This document shows positions 13,180-22,728 of a DNA stretch of 51,653 nucleotides, piece after piece. Made by a program: the position numbers and the translations under genes. Below the pieces are notes generated by a model. It was not told where the DNA came from, made no database searches, and saw nothing but the letters and a program-made list of their open reading frames with translations. Origin of the DNA: Vicugna vicugna (taxonomy: Eukaryota); contig MU057822.1 in NCBI GenBank assembly GCA_013265495.1, positions 361,852 to 413,504 of the forward strand, written 5' to 3'. The number at the start of each line of letters is the position of its first letter. Within the stretch, counting starts at the first letter, position 1.

Positions 13180-14042
13180 GTGAGTGACCAACACCCCACA
13201 TTCTCCACTGTGCCCTGGGCAGAGCAGAACCTGTTACATGGAGACTGAGCGAGTGCCACCAACTAATAAACAGGTCTCTTCTATATAAAGACATTTGTTT
13301 TGAATTTATACTCCCCTTTCTTAAAATGTGGCTGCTCTGCTGTCATGTGGGTTCTGGGAGGAGTTTGCCTGCCCTGCCCCACGCGTCAGCCCCGAGCTGG
13401 AGCCCCGTGTGGAAGGAAGCTGGGGCGGCTGGGCCCCGTGACAGGAGTTCTGTGGCCGGTACGACTGAGGTCGTCCTTTACTTTTGCTTGGTGGTTTGAT
13501 TGCCCTAGTAATGAATGTCTTCAGAGGGTTTAAACGGTTTCATGGGAGTTGTTACCATCCAGCTCAGCAGGCTCAGTTGTCCTTGTTCTCTGTGGTTCTT
13601 CACCAGCTGCTGAATCTGGATGGCAAGCTGTTGACCTGGAACATCAGACTGGGTGGCAAATGACAGTAGCAACTGATCTGAGGCAGGAGCTGGGATGGGT
13701 TAGTTAAGTCAGTCCTCAGACACGTGAATCTCCATCCAGCACTTAGGACACTGCCAAGGTTTCTGAGTAGCCATTTATGAAGTTAAGATGGAAACCTGGG
13801 ACCTGCACAAAAGTCCTGACATGAGTGAAGACTTTGCCCTGGTGCGTCCCAGGCTTCCGTACTTCCCTTTTCTTCAGCATTCGCCTGAGTGTCACTGACT
13901 CACGCAGGCGTTTCCTCACCCTTGCTCACGTGGGGTAGGATGCGCGTGAATGGACATAGTGATCTCACATCTCCCCATCTGGTGTGAAACCGGTGCTGTT
14001 GGTCCAAGTCCTTTGCAGACATGTTGCTGTGGCACCAGCACC

Positions 14043-14068
14043 TGTGTGTGTGTGTGAGAGAGAGAGAG
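14043..14068. repeat. (TG)7(AG)6 compound microsatellite
   Basis: read directly. Confidence 0.9.
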
Positions 14069-14726
14069 ACTGAGAACGTGTGTCTCCCTCACTTCCTGAG
14101 CCCTCATAATAATACGGCGGCTCTGGGTACGAGGATCCTCTGTGGTCTGATCTGCGTGATCTTTTGCCTGCTCCACTTCAGTGACAAAGTCTGACATACT
14201 GTTGGCGGCCTCCCTCACATGTATCCTGTAGCTCAGTAAAAGAGGAGACTTTCTGGAAATTTCTGAAGATTTGTTTGACTGCACAGGGGTCAGGTGGGCA
14301 TTGCAGCTGTGGTGTTAGAATGCTGGGTGCTTGCTTTAGCCAAAGCAGGAGACTCCCAGGGCCGGTGTCCACCTTTGCCTTTCCCCGTGCATCCCAGTAT
14401 TTTGGTGGATTCTTTTCTCTGTCCTTCAGGTTGTTTCCTTCTTGGCTTCCCAAGCCCACTCCTGCTGCAGGAGGATACCAGGGCAGCTTGGATCAGCTCC
14501 CTTTCTCCAACCACGTGGATGTGCCCATGTGCATAGACATGCAGAGTGGATCTGTAATGGGGGTGGGGGAATGTGGGTTTAGTGTTGGTTCTTGGGAGGG
14601 AGCTTCCTGGAACTGCAGGAGGACTACCCCGTGGCCTCTCCATCGGTCAGGGCAGCTCTCTGGTGCTCAAGAGGCACTCTTGCAGGGGGAGCCCGCTAAT
14701 AATTTGCTTCCCACTTTTTGCTTTAG

Positions 14727-14903
14727 GTGGATAACAAGGGCCGGAATTTTCTTCACGTGGCAGTTCAGAACTCTGACATTGAAAGTGTCCTGTTCCTGAT
14801 CAGTGTCCAAGCTAATGTGAATTCCAGAGTCCAGGATGCTTCCAAGTTGACCCCTTTGCACCTTGCTGTGCAAGCAGGCTCAGAGATTATTGTCCGCAAT
14901 CTG
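14727..14903 (+). CDS. ANKFY1: ANKFY1 coding exon
   Basis: gctttag| ... CTG|gtgagt; VDNKGRNFLHVAVQ...LTPLHLAVQAGSEIIVRNL. Confidence 0.95.
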
Positions 14904-15242
14904 GTGAGTGTCACTAAAACGTTACTGTGTGTAATGTGGACAAAGCCTGTTGCAGGGCACGTGCGGGCTCTCTCATCATAGGTGTTTGCCAGGTACTGTG
15001 AGAGGCCAGTGCGAATTTGGGGGGTGAGCCAGTACACTCGGGAAAGCAGGCGTGTCTGTGAGCAGCATGTCCTGAGTGCCCAGTGGGCTGTGTGGGCAGG
15101 CGGATGCTGGAGTGAGGCCTCGAGGGAAGGCAGAGGCAGGGTGGGAGCATCAAGGGAAGGGACGTCTGTTTCTGTTGTCTGCCTGCTCTGGATCAGGCTT
15201 TGCAGTGAGCTTGCTCTCCCTCTCACTCTTTTTTCATCAGTC

Positions 15243-15897
15243 TTTTTGGGGTTTTTTAAGATATAGTTGGCATACAACATTCAGTTAGTTTCAGGTGTAT
15301 AACAGATTGATTCAATATTTGTATTTTTTTGCAGAGTGATCGCTACAATAAGTCTAGTTAACATCTGTCACCATATGTAGTTACAAAAACTTTTTTCTTA
15401 TGAGGACTTTTAAATTTACTCTCTTAGCAACTTACAGATATACAGTAATACTCAGTTATTAACTGCAGTCACCATGTTGTACATTACATCTGCAGGACTT
15501 ACTTATTTTGTAACTGAAAGTTTGTACCTTTTAACCACCTTCACCCATGTTGCCAACCCCTCACCCCTGTCCTGGCAACCATGAGTCTGTTCTCTGTATC
15601 TTTGAACTTGGGGGTTTTTTGTCATTTGTTTTTTAAATTCCACATATTAGCAAATGGCATGATTCCATTCAGTTTTATGGCTGAATAGTATTCCATTGTG
15701 TGTGTGTGTGTGTGTGTGTCCCCGTGTCCATTCATCCAGCATGGATACTTAAGTTGCTTCCATATCTTGGCTGTTGTAAATAATGCTGCAATTAAACGGG
15801 GGTGTATGTATCTTTTTGAATTACTGTGTTTTTGTTTTTTTGGAGAGATACCCAGAAGTGGAGTTACTGGATTGTATGGTAGATCTGTTTCTAATAG
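15243..15897 (-). mobile_element. Old L1 3' end (L1MA9-like), containing (TG)11 at 15697-15718
   Basis: ttactctcttagcaac...ttattaactgcagtcaccatgttgtacattacatc...gtaactgaaagtttgtacc...ggctgaatagtattccattg...atacccagaagtgg. Confidence 0.8.
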
Positions 15898-16711
15898 AGG
15901 TGGGCCTCAAAGTAGTAGAGAATTGGGTCACATGTTGGTCAGTCTGCCTGCCACCCTGAGAGCCCAGGGGTGTTGAGGGCCGTGGCTCCTTCACCAGGAT
16001 CATGCCTCTGTCTTAGTAAGGCTTGACCTCGCAGGTAATAGGAGTCCCTAGAAACAGCCGATCTTCCAAACAGTGGCCATGCAGTCCTTCCTCTATGAAT
16101 CGGTGTGGCTTAATGTTGGAACCTGTTCCACTGAATCAATGCCTTTATCCAAACCTCTCCCCTTACCTCCAGGTAACACCCGTGGGGTTAGCTATGGTCC
16201 TAGCACAGCACTCAGACCACAAATACCCCTCTGTGATGTGTCCTGTCTGGACCTGCAAGTGATTTGACCAGGTGCCCAAGGTCCAGGGGGTGCTGGGACT
16301 TGGCCATCAGGGTCAGAATAGAGCAGCTAACTGTTGCCTAGATTCTCCCAGAGGCAGAGCGCCTGCGCATGCAGACAGCACAACCAGGGGTGGCCTCAGA
16401 CCTCAGGAGAGGCAAACTGGGCTCTGAGTGTGAACTGTAGATTCTTTCTGTTACCAGCAAATGTCTCTGAAACTTTGTCAGAAAGTGGATGATGAATGAA
16501 TTTCAAATACTGAATGAATACGTAAGATATTATTTAAAGGACCTTCCTGCTTTTGATTTTGTAATTCTTTATGTTGCTTTCATTCTTCTAAAAAATCACA
16601 TAAAAATATTTCATTTTTATCGTGGAAAAGCTTAAAGCACGTAAGGGTATAAGGCAGTTAGTACCTCCCTTTCACTCCCAACTCTGCTCTGAGTTTGGTA
16701 TATATGCTTTT

Positions 16712-16870
16712 TAAAATATTTGTTTATTTATTTAAATTTTAAAGAATTTGGGTTGGGTGGGGAGGTAATTAGATTATTTATTTATTTATTTTAATGGAGA
16801 TATTGGGGATTGAACCCAGGACCTCATGCATGCTAGGCACACACCGTACCACTGAGCTATATCCTCCCCC
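16712..16870 (-). mobile_element. tRNA-Ala-derived SINE, vic-1-like (camelid)
   Basis: Reverse complement GGGGGAGGATATAGCTCAGTGG (A box)...CCTAGCATGCATGAGGTCCTGGGTTCAATCCCC (B box)...(AAAT)n...TAATTACCTCCCC tail; near-TSD ata(t/c)atgctttt at 16700-16711 and 16876-16887. Confidence 0.8.
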
Positions 16871-17436
16871 TCAGAATACATGCTTTTAAACACCTTCAGA
16901 GTTTGAATATATTGTGTGTGTGTATATACACTTCTCGGTCTGTCTCTCTTCAAATGGAATCTCACTGTCTTACTGTCTTCTAACTTGTCTTTTTAAAAAC
17001 TTACTATATCGTAGACATCCTTTCATGTTAAATCATAAATATTTATCATCTCAATGGCTACCTATTCTATTGTTTGTATATATTATAATTGTCTTAATGA
17101 AATCCTTCCCGCAATCTGGTTTTACTGTTACAAGCAGTGGACATCTCCAAATAGAGCAGTGAACATCACTGCAGTCCTGTGTAGTTTTATATACTGAAGT
17201 CTTAGAATTTCTGTGTCCTAAGGAATGGCTTTTCTAACCTTTTGATAATTGCCAGTTTGTCCTTGGGTCCGGTGTTGCTGGCCTTTGCCTCACCAGGTGT
17301 GTATGTGAGGCCCTGTCCTCCCAGCTTTGCCAGCAGGGCAGACTCCGTGGATGCCAAAAGAAGGCAGGCTTGGCCCTGTCCATGGGACCTTGGTTGTTTG
17401 TGGTAGAGCGGCTGCTCATGTAATCAACTTCAACAG

Positions 17437-17584
17437 CTTCTTGCAGGAGCCAAAGTGAATGAATTAACCAAGCACCGCCAGACCGCCCTCCATCTCGCTG
17501 CCCAGCAGGACCTGCCCACCATCTGCTCAGTCCTCCTGGAGAATGGAGTGGACTTTGCTGCTGTGGATGAGAATGGAAACAATG
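17437..17584 (+). CDS. ANKFY1: ANKFY1 coding exon
   Basis: cttcaacag| ... G|gtaatt; LLAGAKVNELTKHRQTALHLAAQQD...DENGNN. Confidence 0.92.
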
Positions 17585-18031
17585 GTAATTCCCAGCCATT
17601 CATGGTGCGCAGTGCTGAGCGCCCTCTAGGGGTGGAGGGGCGCTGCTCCCTTGGGCCTGCTCCCCACCAGGATCACTGGCTCTTAGAGGACCAGCCCTGT
17701 GACAGGAGGTGTCTGAGCTGGGCACCCAGCCTGCTCTGACCAGGGGCTGGGCAGCCTCCTGAGCTGAATGATAACCTTAGAAGCCTAGAGTGGCTCCTGG
17801 TGAAATCATTAGACCTCATCTTTGAAAAACTGCAGAAGCAGAAGACAAATCTTAGGAGGTTGCATTTGTGACTCATTCTTGGGGATGGTGAAGACTGGAA
17901 AGGATGCTCTGTGGGTGGACAAGGCTGCTTTGGCTGAGTCCCACTTAGAGGGAGGTTTTTGAGGGTGAGGAAGAGTCTGGATTTTCTGTGTGTGCCTCTG
18001 AGCTTGCACTGTAAGAGGATTTCTTCCCCAG

Positions 18032-18122
18032 CTCTTCACCTCGCGGTCATGCACAGCCGGCTCAACAACATCCGGGTCCTCCTGACGGAGTGCACCGTGG
18101 ACGCCGAAGCCTTTAATCTAAG
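18032..18122 (+). CDS. ANKFY1: ANKFY1 coding exon
   Basis: ttccccag| ... AG|gtgagt; ALHLAVMHSRLNNIRVLLTECTVDAEAFNLR. Confidence 0.94.
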
Positions 18123-18668
18123 GTGAGTGTGTGTGGTTCAGAGGAGAGGCCAGGGCTCCATGTCCCCTGCCTGCCCCTCAGAGCTGGTGGTCATGGGTGT
18201 CTTGTATTAGCCCCAGGTCCAAACATCAGCTCTTACAGTGAAAGTGGAGTTTACAGCCAAGAATTGTTGACTGCTTCTCTGTGGACAACTTCCCAGGGGA
18301 AGAGAATAATGTTATTTTATTTTTTGACATGTTAAATGAATGCCAATCTAATTTGTAGTCTGAAGCTCTAATATATTTTTTAAAAACTGTAAAACCATTT
18401 ATTTCTAGTTTTTAATACTTTGAAATCCATTTAAAAGACAACAGGAAAAAATAAAAGAAGGTGCACGCTGCAGAACTGGCCACTTGGGCCCTTGATCAGC
18501 CTTTGGCATCCTGGAGTTTTTCTTTTTGAAAATGCTTTTTTAGAAAAACTTTATGATTATCGTGTTCTTTAGATTTACCCAGCATCACGGAGTTCAGAAA
18601 ATCCCATTTCTTTTGTGCATGATGGCCGTGGCAGATATATACCTAACTTTCCCAACTTTCTTTATCAG

Positions 18669-18793
18669 AGGCCAATTGCCCCTGCACATTTTGGGACAAT
18701 ATGGCAAAGAGAATGCAGCAGCCATCTTTGATCTCTTCTTGGAGTGCATGCCTGAGTACCCTCTGGATAAGCCAGACGCAGAAGGAAACACGG
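18669..18793 (+). CDS. ANKFY1: ANKFY1 coding exon
   Basis: ctttatcag| ... G|gtatgt; GQLPLHILGQYGKENAAAIF...DAEGNT. Confidence 0.94.
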
Positions 18794-19404
18794 GTATGTC
18801 ACAGGTTTTTGTCTGCCCGGTTTCACTGGTGGTCCTTGCTTCCTAGAACGACTGGAGCCTGGGCACACGTGTGATTACTTAAGGACATTCAGCCCAGTGC
18901 ATTTGGGCTGTATGAGCATCTGTCACCAATTCCTGAGGTGGAATTTGGCGGTGTTAGATTTTAGGCACAAGCACATCTGAAGTGTATCTAGCACTCAAAG
19001 TCATATCATGTCCAGACAGGCCTCCCCACTGGTTTTTATTGCCCTCATCTATCTCCTATCCAGTCAGCTAGGTCCCTGCTCAAGCTTCCGAATCCCAAGA
19101 GAGAGAAAAACACAGCCACCTCACAGGTGCTTCAGAAGGAGGAAATACACTGCAGGACATAGTGAGGTGCTTTGAAAAAGTGGCACGTTGGCATAGGACC
19201 AAATATTTTGTCATCGCTACTTAGCCTTGGGAAGAATTCTTGGCCTTGATTCATGAACATGTTTTTTAAGCCAGCAGTGATGAGCCTGAGCTTCAGAGGA
19301 GTCAGCCCTGGGAGTGAGCCGCTGCAGGGCTCACCACCTACTCCAGCGAGCACCGTTGTCCAGGGTGGGTCAACAGGCAGCCAGGCAGGCAGGGACCTCA
19401 GGCT

Positions 19405-19620
19405 CAGGCATCTGAATTACAGACCTGGTTTCAGATACCCAGCTTTGTCATATTCCAGCAGGGTGATAGCTAAATTGTGTCACCTCTCTATGCCTGTGTC
19501 CTCATTTGAAATAACAACCCTGATCTTACTGCATTGTTTAGAGCATTAAATGAAAGAATTTAAAAAAGTATCTGGTAAAGGTAAGCAAAAGGGAGCTGCT
19601 GTTAGCTGTAGTTGTTAGGA
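19405..19620 (+). mobile_element. MIR SINE; bounds approximate
   Basis: agacctggtttcagatacccagct...cacctctctatgcctgtgtcctcatttgaaata...attaaatga. Confidence 0.6.
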
Positions 19621-19800
19621 AGGAGAACCAGCAGGATGGCCTGGCCAGAGCCTGCACAGAAGAGAGGATCCATGAGGTAGAACTTTCTGGAGTGTGTTTC
19701 ATTCGCTAACAAATGTCCTGCCTGGGGTGTGTCCTGCCCTCGGCCGTCCTCGGCCAGCCCTTTGGTGCGAAGTAGCCCTGCCTGTGGTTTTGTTTTCCAG

Positions 19801-19947
19801 TGCTGCTCTTAGCCTACATGAAAGGGAATGCCAACTTGTGCCGCGCCATCGTCCGCTCTGGGGCCCGCCTTGGGGTGAACAACAACCAGGGAGTCAACAT
19901 CTTCAACTACCAGGTTGCCACCAAGCAGCTGCTGTTCAGACTGTTAG
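19801..19947 (+). CDS. ANKFY1: ANKFY1 coding exon
   Basis: ttttccag| ... G|gtgagt; VLLLAYMKGNANLCRAIVRSG...KQLLFRLL. Confidence 0.95.
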
Positions 19948-21272
19948 GTGAGTGGCCCGCCTTCCGCTCTCAGTGCAGGCACGTGATGGTGTTGATGATC
20001 TGGGTGTGTCAGTGGTCTTCACACCTCATAACAACTTCTCCACAATCTGAACCAGTAGCCTTCCAGGCATCACGTAGTCAGGACTTTGTGAGTGCTGGGA
20101 AGGACCTCTGAGCCGCAGTGGGAGGGCCACTGTCAACTGTCTCTTCTCAGAGTGCTCTGCATGGGGCCCGTGTTGTTTCCCACTACCCCTGATCCTACCA
20201 GAAATCTGTAAGCTCAGGGCAGGTCACCCTCCGCACAGCTTCTGGCTGTGTGTCTGCACGCCCTTCGTCCTTCCACCAAAGCTGATTCTTTGTCCTTCAG
20301 AATAGCCTTCTGGGTCAGTCCCACTGACTCTTCCTCCTCTGTGCTCCTGTTGTGGCAGGGAGAGCTTCACACTTCATGATTTCATATTTGCAAGCCTTTA
20401 CTCGTCCCCCTTGAGGTGGCAGAATCAGTGCCTCACTTGTCAGGGTGCTGTCATTGCCCACAGTGGAGACGGACCAGGGCTCTCAGCCTCATGGTGTGTG
20501 TGGAGAAATGGGCTCAGACATACTTAGCAGCTGCGTGATCATGATAGAGGTGACTTGCCCAAGGTCACAAAGCTGGTTTGTAGCAGAGCCAAGCTAAAGC
20601 GGTGTTTCTACATCAGTCTGCTGTCTGCCCTGTACTTGGTCAGCCTTTTAAGAGCTCAGAACTGGAGCCCATCCCATCTGCAGTGCTGGCGTGTGGAAGG
20701 TGCGGATGATGATCGATTCTTCCTGGTAGCTCAGTCTCCTCCTGTGCGTAGGGCACTCAGCAGTGCCGGGTGTGGTGATAAGTGCTAGGTGTTGCTGCTC
20801 TCAGCTGCACGCGTAGCTCTCAGCCCAGGCGCCCACAGCGTCCGCAGACTCAAGAGCTGAACTCCTCTGCTGCTCAGGTTCTCTCCCTAGTGACTCTTCT
20901 CTGCTGGTCCCACCACTGACTCAGTCAGACTCTGGAGGCCTAGAATCTGGAAATCGCCTTCATATCTTTTCTTCCCCCTGCCTTCTCCTCACACCCCTGA
21001 CTTCTTTTCAGGCACCAGATCCTACAGATTCTGCCTCCTTCATCTCTTGCCTGGTTCCCCTCTCCGTTCAGCCCCCGCCAGTCTCTCTAGCTGCTGGGCT
21101 GCCCTCTCCCTGCCGTACCTGACCCTCCAGCCATCCCCGACTGCACGGTTTCCCCCACAGACACCGGGCTGTTTCTTGGCCTTAACACCGTTTCCTTCTC
21201 CCCCAGTCTGCCTGGCAAATGCTGCTCCTCTGTGTTTTCCTCGGTGAAGCTTTCCCTGAGCCAGTTAGGATA

Positions 21273-21733
21273 CAAGCAGACCATGGTCAGTTCCTGACCA
21301 CCCCAGTAAAGTGAATATTGCAATAAAGCGTATGTTTATTGCACAAATGTTTTTGGTTTCCCAGTGCATATAAAAGTTACATTTAAAAAAACAGATTATG
21401 TTTACACTGTACTGTATTTGGTGTGCAAGAGCATTATGTCTAAAACACAATGTTAAAAACAATTGAAAAATACTTCATTGCTAAAAAATGCCAAAACTAT
21501 TAAAATAGTGACATCAATGATCACTGATCACAGATCACCATAACAAATAGAATAATAATGAAAAAGTTTGAAATAGTGTGAGAATTACCAGAATGTGACA
21601 CAGAGACAGGAAGTAAGCAAATACTGTTGGAAAAGTGGCGCCAATAGACTTGCTCGATGCAGGGTTGCCACAAACCTTCAATTTGTAAAAAGCACACGGT
21701 ATCTGTGAAGCTCAGTAAAAGGAGGCGGGCCTG
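21273..21733 (-). mobile_element. Tigger1 internal-deletion derivative (TcMar-Tigger MITE), both ends present
   Basis: ttggtttcccagtgcatataaaagtta at one end and gacttgctcgatgcagggttgccacaaaccttcaatttgtaaaa at the other match recalled Tigger1 termini; TA at left flank. Confidence 0.85.
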
Positions 21734-21861
21734 TGTGTGGCTCTTTTGTCCCTCCTGTCCCTCTGTGATGTGTTGCTTTATTTACTGGTCTGTTTCTCTG
21801 CTCCCCCAAACCCCGGGCACTGTCACTATCTGACACAACTGGCCCCCTGCCTGTGTTACAG

Positions 21862-21952
21862 ACATGCTGTCCAAGGAGCCCCCGTGGTGCGACGGTTCCA
21901 ATTGCTACGAGTGCACTGCCAAGTTTGGAGTCACAACTCGCAAACATCACTG
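21862..21952 (+). CDS. ANKFY1: ANKFY1 coding exon, first half of FYVE zinc finger
   Basis: tgttacag| ... TG|gtaaga; DMLSKEPPWCDGSNCYECTAKFGVTTRKHHC. Confidence 0.95.
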
Positions 21953-22595
21953 GTAAGACCCCCCAACATCGCTTGCCAGAGTAATGAGGGGGTTTTTGCT
22001 CAGACCATTGCTCCTACCTTTTTCCATGACAAACCATGAGCTTGCCAGGTCCCCGTACTCTTCGGAGCAAAGCTTGACCAGGAGTGATGGGGCTGTGCCC
22101 ACTTCTAGTGACGCGGGGAGCCCAGGGCGCTCAGGCTAGTGGCCTGCCTGCCGGCTTCCAGTGCTCCCCGTCCTCCGCGGCCTGTCAGGCCTCATGCCGT
22201 CTTCCCCAGGCTTCCTGCTTGCGGTGGAGCTGAGCCGGGTCACTGTCCTCGGGGGAGGTGTGCTTCCCAGCCTGAGCGCAGGCTGCTCTCCTGAGAACCG
22301 AGGCGCTGTTCCCTGTACAGGGAGACGGTTCTTCGGCTGTTACTGAGCCTCTCTTGAGCTTTAAGGAAAGAGGCTTCTCCAGTACCTCTTTAACCTACTT
22401 ATTGGCTAGAATTTTGTCTTTATGAACTAGAAGTTCTGCATGCATTGTGTAACTTGGCTGGCAAGGGCAGAGCTGTCGGGAGAGTGCCCGTGTGGCCTGG
22501 CCTCGTCTGCCCAGGACGCTGCCGGGGCTGAGCCCCGGGCCGGGCCACGGTCTGCTCCCCAGCCCCTCTCACACTCCTTTTCTTTGCTTCCACAG

Positions 22596-22728
22596 TCGTC
22601 ACTGCGGGCGTCTTCTTTGCCATAAATGCTCGACCAAGGAGATTCCTATTATAAAGTTTGATCTGAACAAGCCTGTGCGAGTTTGCAACATTTGCTTTGA
22701 TGTACTGACTCTGGGTGGGGTCTCCTAG
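22596..22728 (+). CDS. ANKFY1: ANKFY1 last coding exon, second half of FYVE domain, stop TAG
   Basis: ttccacag|; RHCGRLLCHKC...PVRVCNICFDVLTLGGVS*; completes the FYVE RKHHCRxCG and RVC motifs; TAG is followed by TGA. Confidence 0.96.

Noticed and set aside
16795..16870. Functional tRNA-Ala gene
   Set aside because: It has stem mismatches, a SINE tail and a TSD, so it is a retroposed SINE head
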